Part shown: positions 24,029-32,000 of the stretch, piece after piece
How the letters are laid out: each line of letters opens with the position of its first letter
Position numbering within the stretch: the stretch's first letter is position 1
Source of the DNA: Thermofilum adornatum
GTDB lineage: Archaea > Thermoproteota > Thermoprotei > Thermofilales > Thermofilaceae
Direction of reading: 5' to 3'
Length of the DNA: 32,000 nucleotides
Assembly (NCBI RefSeq): GCF_000446015.1
Contig: NC_022093.1
Location: 60,001-92,000 of the forward strand
Notes under the pieces: model-generated
Told to the model about the DNA's origin: nothing
Database searches by the model: none
What the model saw: only the letters and a program-made list of their open reading frames with translations
Made by a program: the position numbers and the translations under genes

Positions 24029-24808
24029 ATGACCATCGGTAAAATGATACGTTTAAAGAAAATTTTGAAAGAAGGAAAAACTATAATCGTCCCTATTGAT
24101 CATCCCATCGAGGGCTATTTTAGGGAATTGGAAGAACCAAGGCGTATAGTGCAGGAAATTATCGATGGCGGTGCAGATGGTGTTCTTCTACGTCGAGGCT
24201 CGCTGGCTAAAACCTATGACCTAGTGGCTGGCAGGCTAGCCATTGTCTACAGGATTAGTGGGGCCACGTTTACGTCTGGAGACATGGGGGACCAGAGACT
24301 GACGTCTTCGGTGGAAGAGTCGGTTAGGTACGACGCAGACGCGATAGCGTATACTGTGTATGTGGCTCATCCCAAGGAAAACGATATGTACGAGGTCTTC
24401 AGTAGGCTGGTTGAGGAGGCCGAGTACTATGGTCTGCCCGTTATAGGCGAAGTTCTTGTTTGGGAAAATGCCAAGGTGGATGCCTTCGAGTATTTGAGGA
24501 TAGGGGTCAGGACTCTTGGAGAAGAGGGTGCTGCAATCGTTAAGTCTGGCTTCCCAAGTGATTTCAGCTTGTACCGGGACCTCGTGAGATATTCAATCGT
24601 TCCGGTCATCGCGGCTGGAGGACCAAAGATGGATTCTCCCAGGAAGGTTCTCGAATTTGTCAAGGCAGTTATGGATGCTGGTGCTGTTGGTACCTGTATT
24701 GGGAGAAATGTGTGGCAACAAGAGAGCCCCTCAAAGATGATAAGGGCCATGAAGAGGATAGTTAGAGGGGGGGCCTCTGTGGATGAAGCCATGAGTGAGC
24801 TACTATGA
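24029..24808 (+). CDS. Class I aldolase of the DhnA/FbaB/LsrF family
   Basis: 259 aa. IIVPIDHP is the DHG/DHP box, and VEESVRYDADAIAYTVYV is family-typical. GAAIVKSGFP is the Schiff-base Lys context (ADxVK). PVIAAGGPK and GTCIGRNVWQ match the GRNxxQ motif. Confidence 0.85.
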   Translation: MTIGKMIRLKKILKEGKTIIVPIDHPIEGYFRELEEPRRIVQEIIDGGADGVLLRRGSLAKTYDLVAGRLAIVYRISGATFTSGDMGDQRLTSSVEESVRYDADAIAYTVYVAHPKENDMYEVFSRLVEEAEYYGLPVIGEVLVWENAKVDAFEYLRIGVRTLGEEGAAIVKSGFPSDFSLYRDLVRYSIVPVIAAGGPKMDSPRKVLEFVKAVMDAGAVGTCIGRNVWQQESPSKMIRAMKRIVRGGASVDEAMSELL

Positions 24809-25848
24809 GCGTTAATAGGTCTGTCGTGGTTTACGGCATAAATAATTTTAGAGTTGAGAAGAGAGAAAGGCCTGAGCCAGGATTCGGCGAAGTACTTGTC
24901 AAAATCGAGTATTCTGGTCTCTGCCCCTCAGACATCAAGATTATTAGGCATGGTGGTCGTCTTGTAAGGTACCCCGTCGTCTTGGGCCACGAAATGGCTG
25001 GAATAGTTGAAGAAGTGGGAGAGGGCGTAAAAGGGATAGAGGTCGGGGAGAGAGTCAACGTCGCCGCTGACATTTACTGTGGCACGTGTAAGTATTGTAG
25101 GGCTGGGCGAGAAAACTTATGCGAGAGACCACTGACTTTTGGCTATAATATTGACGGGGGACATGCGGACTACTTGCTTGTGCCCCGAGAGGGCGTTCCA
25201 AAGGCTATATTCAAGGTTCCCGATGGGCTGAGCCTAGAGGTTGCCAGTATGACTGAGCCGGTAGCCTGTGTTGTGCACTCGATGAATGCTGGAAAAGTTT
25301 CTCCTGGAGACTCTGTAGCCATAGTGGGCGAGGGGCCCATGGGTCTCCTTCATGTCCTTCTGGCCAAGATTTATGGAGCAGGTAGCATAGCTGTTTTGGG
25401 TCTCGTAGACAAGAAGCTTAAGCTGGCAGAAGAGCTGGGTGCAGAGAAGCTTTACAATAGGAATAACTATCCTAATATTGAGGATATACTCAGAGAAAAC
25501 CCGGACGGCTTCGACAAAGTGTTTTTGACAGTTGTTAATAAGACAACACTGGAAGAGTCCCTCAGACTAGTAAAGAAGGGTGGACGCGTAGTTATTTTTG
25601 CCGGTGTACCGGCAAATTCTGTAAGCTTTTCTTTAGACCCCAACATTGTACACTACGACGAGGTTTCACTTGTTGGGAGCTCTAGCTACCTATACGTGGA
25701 ATACGCGAAGGCACTGAAATTCGTCTCAATGTATCAAAGGGAGCTTTCAAAGATAATTTCTCACAGGTTCAATATAGACGAATTTGAAAAGGCTGTCGCA
25801 ACCTGGGACGACAAAGAGAACTCTGTAAAAATAATCTTGACGAGGTAA
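24805..25848 (+). CDS. Zinc-dependent medium-chain dehydrogenase (polyol/threonine dehydrogenase-like)
   Basis: It has the catalytic Zn motif GLCPSD...LGHEMAGIVEEVG and the structural Zn cluster CGTCKYCRAGRENLC. The Rossmann motif is VGEGPMGLL. Its ATG overlaps the aldolase stop (ATGA). Confidence 0.9.
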   Translation: MSVNRSVVVYGINNFRVEKRERPEPGFGEVLVKIEYSGLCPSDIKIIRHGGRLVRYPVVLGHEMAGIVEEVGEGVKGIEVGERVNVAADIYCGTCKYCRAGRENLCERPLTFGYNIDGGHADYLLVPREGVPKAIFKVPDGLSLEVASMTEPVACVVHSMNAGKVSPGDSVAIVGEGPMGLLHVLLAKIYGAGSIAVLGLVDKKLKLAEELGAEKLYNRNNYPNIEDILRENPDGFDKVFLTVVNKTTLEESLRLVKKGGRVVIFAGVPANSVSFSLDPNIVHYDEVSLVGSSSYLYVEYAKALKFVSMYQRELSKIISHRFNIDEFEKAVATWDDKENSVKIILTR

Positions 25849-25850
25849 AT

Positions 25851-27284
25851 ATGTCAAGGACGCTTTTCGCCGGCATAGATGCTGGCACAACCGTGATCAA
25901 GGGAATAATTGTAGACGAGACCGGCCAAGTCGTCAGGAGGCACAGTGTACAGGCCGAGAAGCCAACTACGCCTGAGCCAGGCTACGCAGAGGTAGATCCT
26001 GAAGCGTATTTTTCCTCTTTTTCAAGCCTGTTTAACGATCTCTTTAAGGGTCTTTCAGGCTACGATGTATACCTTGGCCTATCAGCTATGGCTCCCGTTC
26101 TAATACCAGTGGACAGAAATGGCAGGCCCCTGATGAACGGTCTCCTATACAATGATGCGAGGACTTGGAGAGAACAAGAAGACCTTAAGAGGGAATATGG
26201 AGATCTTATATTGAGAGTCAACGGCAACCCTGTAAACCAGCAACAATGGCTTCCAAAAATTCTCTGGCTCAAGAGAAACAAACCAAAAGTGCTCGAAAAC
26301 GCGTGGAAGCTTCTCGATTTAACTTCGTATCTTGTCTATAGACTCACAGGGGAAACAGTAGTAGACTCAACAGTTATGCTAGAAGAGGGGTTCCTTGACT
26401 ACCGAACAAAAAAACTTTCAGGAGAGATTCTGGACATCGTGGGTCTAGATGAAAATAAACTTCCAGGGCTAGCCAACACGGTCGACGCTGTTGGAAAAAT
26501 CCACAACGGAAACAACATCACGTTAAATGCTGGAACTGTGGATGCCATTGCTGGTGCAGTTTCGCTGGGACTCATGAGGGAAAACATCTTGGCAATCATA
26601 TTGGGAACCACGGGTATAATATTCTATTCAACGAAGAAGCCGATCCCAAGCTCAAAGCTCTTTATAGACCTTAGCCCTGTTCCAGACCTTTACTATGTTT
26701 GTGGCGCCACTTCCTCCGCGGGTAGCTTTGTGGACTTCATGCTAGACTTGTTGAATCTAACAGGAAAATATCACATCTTGGGATCAGTGCTGAGGAGAAC
26801 CAAGCCTGGAGCTGGGGGACTCGTAGCTTTACCTTACTTAGTGGGGGAAAGAACCCCTATTATGGATCCGAGAGCCAGGTCTATCTTCTTTGGGATCTCC
26901 AACACTACAACAAGGGAAGACACTATAAGAGCATCTGTCGAGGCAGTTGCATACTCTATTCGACACAACGTGGACGAAATAGAGAAACTTGGATATAAGA
27001 CAAACATTACTCTAGTCACGGGAGGCATGACAAAGACGCCAGAAATTGTCCAAACATTGGCAAGTGTATTAAACAAGAAGATATATTTCGTCAGCGAGGC
27101 CTCTGAGCCGTTAGGGGACACAATAGTTGCAAAGGTAATGTCTGGTCTCTACAAGTGGAGCGACTTTATGGGAAATATTTCAATGAGAAAAATTTTCTTT
27201 CCAAAAAAGGAGGAAGTTTTTGTATATCAAGAACTATATCAGAAATACTTGAAAATATATGCGAATTTAAAGGACATTTTCTAA
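25851..27284 (+). CDS. FGGY-family carbohydrate kinase
   Basis: N-terminal FAGIDAGTTVIKG is the FGGY phosphate-1 motif. The 477-aa two-domain length fits the family. C-terminal VTGGMTKTPEIVQTLASVL is family-typical. It starts 2 nt after the dehydrogenase stop. Confidence 0.9.
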   Translation: MSRTLFAGIDAGTTVIKGIIVDETGQVVRRHSVQAEKPTTPEPGYAEVDPEAYFSSFSSLFNDLFKGLSGYDVYLGLSAMAPVLIPVDRNGRPLMNGLLYNDARTWREQEDLKREYGDLILRVNGNPVNQQQWLPKILWLKRNKPKVLENAWKLLDLTSYLVYRLTGETVVDSTVMLEEGFLDYRTKKLSGEILDIVGLDENKLPGLANTVDAVGKIHNGNNITLNAGTVDAIAGAVSLGLMRENILAIILGTTGIIFYSTKKPIPSSKLFIDLSPVPDLYYVCGATSSAGSFVDFMLDLLNLTGKYHILGSVLRRTKPGAGGLVALPYLVGERTPIMDPRARSIFFGISNTTTREDTIRASVEAVAYSIRHNVDEIEKLGYKTNITLVTGGMTKTPEIVQTLASVLNKKIYFVSEASEPLGDTIVAKVMSGLYKWSDFMGNISMRKIFFPKKEEVFVYQELYQKYLKIYANLKDIF

Positions 27285-27431
27285 AATTATTTTAGCATGG
27301 GGAAAATTTCCTTCATATTTTGATATAAAATTTTTATGTTAACTATTTATGTTTTATATCACTTTAAAATGCATTTTAATTCATAATTTTTGATTTATAA
27401 AATAAATCCCAAAAAATTTATAAGGAGGAAT

Positions 27432-28793
27432 ATGCATAACATTCTTGTGGCGAAGCAAGAAAATAAGAATAAACAATTAGCGACCCTCATAGCTGTTGCC
27501 ATAATATTCTTGATAATTGGATATGGCATCGCTTTGCTACTTGCACCTAAGCCCACAACCCCCACGACAACTACAACACCTTCTTCAACAACCCAGACCA
27601 CGGGAATAAATGAGAAGACAGTCTACACGTATAGCTGGTCAGACATAGAGGCAATGGCTAAAAAGGAGGGCAAAGTTGTCTTCGCCATATTTGGAGGCAC
27701 ACATGAACAGGACGTTTTCAATCATGTGTGTCAAAACTTCCAGGCTAAATACGGTATTGAGTGTCAGGTTGTTTTAGGTGACTGGTACAGCACTGTTCAG
27801 GCCTTGATCGCTGACAAGCAGGCTGGAAAAACAGTTGGACAATACGACGTGGTCTTCCTTTGGAGCTTGCCATTCAAGATGGCTAAGGAAAACGGCGTTC
27901 TTTGGGATGTTAACCTCAGAGAAATTCTTCCAAACGCAAAGAAAGTCCCCTTGCTTGCCAATATGTTCGGGACAGACATGTATCCCACTGACGGAAGATA
28001 CATTCCAATAGTATGGTGGCAAGTCGTAATGCTATACCGCAAAGACATTCTCGGACAGTGGCCCAACGCAGATGTTCCAAAAAGCCTTGACCAGTTGCTT
28101 GACTGGGTAAAGAAGCACCCAGGAAAGTTTACCTACTGTGACCCTAACAAGGGAGGAAGCGGTCATACCTTCCTTATGGCTCTGCTTTACAGCCAGTACG
28201 GCTATGACAAATTCTCATTTGCAGGGTACAGCGAGCAAAGAGCACACGACATAATGTATTCGCCCGGAAAGAGTGGAATGAACTTCTGGGACTATCTAAA
28301 CGAGATAGAGAAATACATGTATCAGCCTGGAAACTATCCGCAAGGCAACGTTGCAGCTGTACAGCTCTTTGAAGCAGGAGAAGTATGGCTAGAGCCTCAG
28401 TGGATAGACACCGTGCTAGCTGAAATCAACGAAGGCAGGCTGAAGCCTGAATGGGTCGGAATGTATATACCAGACCCTGGAATGCCAGAGCCATGGGACG
28501 GGGTAATAGTTGCCTTCAATGCACCTCACAAGGCTGCTGCGCTTCTCTTCATCAACTATTTGCTTGAAGATGATGTCCAGGCTTATATCGCGGCTAACGA
28601 GGGAACCTTCCCGGTTGTTCCAAAAGCATGGGATCTCGTTCCAGCGGACGTGAAGAAGAACCCGGCGTGGCCAGTGAACATCCCGTATGGCAACTTTACA
28701 GCCTGGTTCTATTATGGGCCATTCTACTTTAGGCATGCAGAATACATGAACTACATGATGCAGAAATGGATCGACGAGGTTGCCAAAAAATAA
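27432..28793 (+). CDS. ABC transporter substrate-binding protein (family 1, PotD/AfuA-like), N-terminally membrane-anchored
   Basis: ATG 27432 is preceded by AGGAGG 5 nt upstream. The N-terminal TM (LATLIAVAIIFLIIGYGIALLLA) is followed by a Thr/Pro linker (PKPTTPTTTTTPSSTTQTTG). The body (YDVVFLWSLPF...) resembles PotD/F-AfuA type binding proteins. Confidence 0.82.
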   Translation: MHNILVAKQENKNKQLATLIAVAIIFLIIGYGIALLLAPKPTTPTTTTTPSSTTQTTGINEKTVYTYSWSDIEAMAKKEGKVVFAIFGGTHEQDVFNHVCQNFQAKYGIECQVVLGDWYSTVQALIADKQAGKTVGQYDVVFLWSLPFKMAKENGVLWDVNLREILPNAKKVPLLANMFGTDMYPTDGRYIPIVWWQVVMLYRKDILGQWPNADVPKSLDQLLDWVKKHPGKFTYCDPNKGGSGHTFLMALLYSQYGYDKFSFAGYSEQRAHDIMYSPGKSGMNFWDYLNEIEKYMYQPGNYPQGNVAAVQLFEAGEVWLEPQWIDTVLAEINEGRLKPEWVGMYIPDPGMPEPWDGVIVAFNAPHKAAALLFINYLLEDDVQAYIAANEGTFPVVPKAWDLVPADVKKNPAWPVNIPYGNFTAWFYYGPFYFRHAEYMNYMMQKWIDEVAKK

Positions 28794-28820
28794 AAAATAT
28801 TTTTTCTTTTATTTTTCTCG
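28794..28820 (+). terminator. T-rich tract between the binding-protein gene and permease genes; possible intra-operon attenuator
   Basis: AAAAATATTTTTTCTTTTATTTTTCTCG lies directly after the SBP stop and before GTG 28821. Confidence 0.3.
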
Positions 28821-29702
28821 GTGGTTTTAATGTCTGAGGCCCGGCGTGTATCTATTTGGTATCTTTTGCCACTTTATGTTTACTTAGCCATATACCTTGT
28901 GGCACCTTTAATTACTGTCATCCTAGGTGCTTTCGGTATTTCGCCTTTAATTCAGGGCAGTGGACCTACTCTTGACGGATTTAAACAGTTCTTCTCGGGT
29001 GGAAGCAAATATCTCGAGTCGCTCTACTTCACGTTTTGGAACAGTGCGGTTGCGACTCTAATAGCTGTGGTGGCAGGCTACATGTTTGCGCTTTACCTTA
29101 CTATTAGGAAGCCGACATGGTGGGGCAAGTTCTCCTTTATCCCATTAATCGCTATATATACGCCTTACCTTATAGCCGCATTTATGTGGTGGACCCTGCT
29201 TTGGCCCCGGGGGTATGTTGCGCTCTTTGTTAATGGCGTGCTACAAGCTTTAGGGGTTATAAAGGAACCACTATATCTAGTGAACGATCCATATGGTATA
29301 GGTATAATTCTTGGCAAGGTGTGGTATACTTTTACATTGACTTTCTTGCTTACATATGGACCATTGCAATTAATAAACCCGGAAATAGTTGAAGCGGCTA
29401 GGATGCTTGGAGCATCAACGAGGACAATTATAAGGAGAATTTACTTCCCATTATCGAGGTATGCTCTCTTTGCATCTGCTTCGATCGTATTCTTGGACAA
29501 CCTGACCGGGGTATCTGTGCCGCTTGTTTTGGGCGCCGCTTGGCCTCAATACTTAAGCGTTGTTATCCTCAACGATGTCACATTGTTTAACAACTTTTTG
29601 ATGGCTTTTACTTCGGGATTTGTTTACCTCGTATTATCTATTCTTGCTGGGTACTTCTTCTTCAGGTTTACCACAAAAGCAATTGTGTACCAGGTGAGAT
29701 AA
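28821..29702 (+). CDS. ABC transporter permease (PotB/binding-protein-dependent type)
   Basis: 293 aa with 6 predicted TM spans and an EAA-like loop (EAARMLGASTRTIIRRIYFPL). The start is GTG 28821 or ATG 28830. Confidence 0.85.
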   Translation: MVLMSEARRVSIWYLLPLYVYLAIYLVAPLITVILGAFGISPLIQGSGPTLDGFKQFFSGGSKYLESLYFTFWNSAVATLIAVVAGYMFALYLTIRKPTWWGKFSFIPLIAIYTPYLIAAFMWWTLLWPRGYVALFVNGVLQALGVIKEPLYLVNDPYGIGIILGKVWYTFTLTFLLTYGPLQLINPEIVEAARMLGASTRTIIRRIYFPLSRYALFASASIVFLDNLTGVSVPLVLGAAWPQYLSVVILNDVTLFNNFLMAFTSGFVYLVLSILAGYFFFRFTTKAIVYQVR

Positions 29703-29703
29703 G

Positions 29704-30516
29704 ATGAAGAATAACGTCAAGGTTTGGGACTACATTGTCCTTGGGTTCCTGGCGATCTTTTATTTGCTTCCAACAGTCATGACCATCATTTATGCCTTGG
29801 CAGAAAAATGGTATTTTGGAACAGACTTATTCCCCTCACAGCTGGGATTTGGCTGGATCCAAAAGATGATTTCCGACAGCTATGTCCAGACGGCTTTTAT
29901 AAACAGCTATATCCTGGCCCCTCTCACTGCATTAGTTACAATTCTAATAAGCATCCTTCCCGCATACTATCTTGCAACAAGAAGAGACAAAGTTGCAATA
30001 ATAACAGAGACTATTGTCAACTTAACAATGGCATTCCCAGCAATCGTCGTAGGAACCGGGATACTTGTCCTCTATACATTCCTGGGGCTTAGGGGCAACA
30101 TGTGGGCTCTAATACCTGCACACATGTTCTTCGCCATTCCATTTTCCCTTAGAAGCATAACAGCCTCGTTTATGCAGGTTCCAAAGGACTTAGAGGAGGT
30201 TGCGAGAGTATTCGGCGCGACGAGGTTGCAGGTGATACAGAAGGTTTACCTTCCACTGACTTGGAGAGGCATGCTTTCTGCATTCATTTTCTCAATGGCG
30301 ATTTCGCTCAATGAATTCGTAATGACACAGCTACTGGGAGCACCCTCAGTAAAGACGCTCACAATAGTTGTTTACGAGCTTATAAGGGGCTACGCAATTT
30401 CTCCTCCAAGGGCCGCGGCAGTGAGCCTGTTTATACTCCTTCCGAGCTTGATTGGTGGAATTTTGTCTGAAAAATATTTGCGTGTATCCCTGTCTCTTGC
30501 AGGAGGTGGTAGGTAA
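29704..30516 (+). CDS. ABC transporter permease (PotC type)
   Basis: 270 aa with 6 TM spans and an EAA-like loop (EEVARVFGATRLQVIQKVYLPL). It starts 1 nt after the upstream stop. Confidence 0.85.
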   Translation: MKNNVKVWDYIVLGFLAIFYLLPTVMTIIYALAEKWYFGTDLFPSQLGFGWIQKMISDSYVQTAFINSYILAPLTALVTILISILPAYYLATRRDKVAIITETIVNLTMAFPAIVVGTGILVLYTFLGLRGNMWALIPAHMFFAIPFSLRSITASFMQVPKDLEEVARVFGATRLQVIQKVYLPLTWRGMLSAFIFSMAISLNEFVMTQLLGAPSVKTLTIVVYELIRGYAISPPRAAAVSLFILLPSLIGGILSEKYLRVSLSLAGGGR

Positions 30517-31599
30517 ATGGTAAAAATAGAATTGGTAGACGTATATAAGGGGTATTATGGCGGCAAAGTGGTTGCAGCAGAGATTCCATACCTAGAGATA
30601 AGAGACAGAGAATTCTTTGGACTGCTGGGTCCCTCTGGGAGCGGAAAAACAACGACACTACGTATAATTGCTGGTCTAACGATGCCTGACAGGGGCAAGG
30701 TGCTGATAGATGGTGAAGACATAACCTATGTGCCGCCAGAAAAACGTGGACTTGGAATGGTTTTTCAGAGCTGGGCTCTGTTCCCACATCTCACGGTATA
30801 CGAGAACATTGCCTTTGGCCTGAGACTGAAAAAGGTTCCAGATGACGAGATCTCTCGAAAGGTTAAGTGGGCTGCAGAGCTTCTACGCATAGAGGAGCTC
30901 TTGGATAGGTATCCCTACCAGCTCAGCGGTGGACAACAGCAGAGAGTTGCAGTTGCTAGAGCCATTGTAGTTGAGCCACGGGCTTTGCTATTCGACGAGC
31001 CTTTAAGCAATCTTGATGCAAAACTTAGGGAACAAGTTAGGTTTGAACTCAGCAGGCTACAAAAAGAGCTAGGCATAACGTCTATCTATGTCACTCATGA
31101 CCAGGCAGAGGCACTTGTAATGTGTGACAGAATTGCAGTAATGAACAAGGGCAGGATAGAACAGCTTGGAACACCAGAAGAGATATACAGCTCGCCTGCC
31201 ACCCCCTTTGTAGCTGAGTTCATGGGGGTCACAACCCTTATCCCAGGAAATATCATAGAAGTTCTTAACCCCTCAGCTGGAATTGTGAGAGTTCAAATAG
31301 AGAACAGCGACATAACGCTTGTTGCAAGGACCCGTGTCGAGAAAGCCAGCTTAGGCAATCCTGTACTCTTAGCAGTGAGGCCAGAACTCGTCGAACTAGC
31401 AAGCGGTGGAGAACAAACAAATGTTGTCGAGGCAAAGATTTTGGCTTCGTCGTATCTAGGCGACCACATGGAATACATCCTCGGTCTTGGAGAATACCAG
31501 ACAAGGCTCAGAACGTCTACAAGTATACGGCTACAGCCAGGCGAAAAGGTAAGAATAACTTTAGACGCGAAAAGGCTCTTCGCTGTCCCCCGCCAATAA
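30517..31599 (+). CDS. ABC transporter ATP-binding protein (PotA/MalK class with a C-terminal TOBE-like domain)
   Basis: Walker A GPSGSGKTT, signature LSGGQQQRVAVARA, Walker B LLFDEPLSNLD and an H-loop (VTHD). A C-terminal beta-rich regulatory domain of about 120 aa follows. The ATG directly follows the upstream TAA. Confidence 0.92.
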   Translation: MVKIELVDVYKGYYGGKVVAAEIPYLEIRDREFFGLLGPSGSGKTTTLRIIAGLTMPDRGKVLIDGEDITYVPPEKRGLGMVFQSWALFPHLTVYENIAFGLRLKKVPDDEISRKVKWAAELLRIEELLDRYPYQLSGGQQQRVAVARAIVVEPRALLFDEPLSNLDAKLREQVRFELSRLQKELGITSIYVTHDQAEALVMCDRIAVMNKGRIEQLGTPEEIYSSPATPFVAEFMGVTTLIPGNIIEVLNPSAGIVRVQIENSDITLVARTRVEKASLGNPVLLAVRPELVELASGGEQTNVVEAKILASSYLGDHMEYILGLGEYQTRLRTSTSIRLQPGEKVRITLDAKRLFAVPRQ

Positions 31600-31610
31600 A
31601 GAGTCACAAC

Positions 31611-32000
31611 TTATTTTCCAATAGTTTTTCTGATTAATTCTGAGTTGTCAGCTGTGATAAAGTCTGCTCCGTTTTCTACGGCGCTGAGGGCTTCCTCGGG
31701 AGTATTTATGTTCCAGACGTTGACTAGAAGCCCTTTTCTGTGGGCTATCTCTGAGAACTGTTCCTCGAATAGTAGGCTGTGAATGCTGACTATGTCTGCT
31801 ACCTTTGCGGCGGAGAGAATGGCTTGGGGGGTTGGGTTTGGCAGGTCTGCTAGGGTAGGTATGCCCGGAACCAGTCTCTTAACGTTGAGCAATACGCCCC
31901 AGTTGCCTGAGAGGATTACTGTCCTGTCTTCGAGGCCCCACTGGAGGACTTTTCCGAGGACTTCCTCCTCTATTCCAGGCATTTTTATCTCGATGAAGGC
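31611..32000 (-). CDS. Glycerophosphodiester phosphodiesterase (GDPD) family, C-terminal part (gene runs off the right edge)
   Basis: C-terminal GLLVNVWNINTPEEALSAVENGADFITADNSELI matches the GDPD pattern V-x-x-W-T-V-N...G-V-D-x-I-x-T-D. The frame stays open to position 32000 (…AFIEIKMPGIEEE…), so the Met at 31982 is probably internal. Confidence 0.7.
   Translation of the reverse strand, partial: AFIEIKMPGIEEEVLGKVLQWGLEDRTVILSGNWGVLLNVKRLVPGIPTLADLPNPTPQAILSAAKVADIVSIHSLLFEEQFSEIAHRKGLLVNVWNINTPEEALSAVENGADFITADNSELIRKTIGK

Noticed and set aside
29724-30092. 122-aa plus-strand ORF overlapping the PotC-type permease in another frame
   Set aside because: The permease frame has TM periodicity and an EAA loop. 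The alternative frame is Cys/Arg/Pro-rich with no features.
1-32000. Searched by eye for CRISPR repeats, tRNA/rRNA-like GC-rich structured segments, IS/transposase or integrase genes and long direct repeats
   Set aside because: None found. The intergenic regions are short and AT-rich without regularly spaced repeats. A computational repeat or tRNA scan (e.g. tRNAscan-SE, a self dot-plot) is still needed to exclude short or degenerate elements.

Overview
Gene-dense 32-kb segment, roughly 90% coding, that looks like a hyperthermophilic crenarchaeon (Desulfurococcales-like). This taxon call is an inference from four traits: AT-rich intergenic TATA-like boxes about 25-35 nt from start codons, frequent 4-11 nt start/stop overlaps, membrane-anchored ABC binding proteins with Thr/Pro/Gln linkers, and a cytoplasmic GH1 glycosidase. 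I found no rRNA, tRNA, CRISPR array, transposase or integrase. Left to right: (1) an Opp/Dpp-class ABC importer divergent from a GH1 beta-glycosidase. (2) One intact-looking and one decayed vapBC toxin-antitoxin module. (3) A translationally coupled LuxE-like / LuxC-like / extended-SDR operon. (4) A secondary alcohol dehydrogenase strikingly similar, from memory, to bacterial TbADH. (5) An ABC-2 exporter pair. (6) An orphan tail-anchored protein, a ZIP metal transporter and a third vapBC with a broken toxin. (7) A retropepsin-like protease abutting KptA/Tpt1, which carries an extra N-terminal zinc knuckle. (8) A compact GT35 alpha-glucan phosphorylase. (9) A MacB/FtsX-type ABC pair followed by a heavily sequon-decorated coiled-coil type-I membrane protein and an RHH-domain protein. 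(10) A class-I aldolase / Zn-dehydrogenase / FGGY-kinase operon with its own PotD-type ABC importer, convergent on a glycerophosphodiesterase. The best candidates for undescribed biology are the archaeal LuxE/LuxC/SDR carboxylate-reduction module, the FtsEX-like ABC plus extracellular coiled-coil partner, and the kinase-aldolase-dehydrogenase-importer cluster of unknown substrate. All family assignments rest on motifs read by eye and recalled family signatures. No database search or alignment was run.
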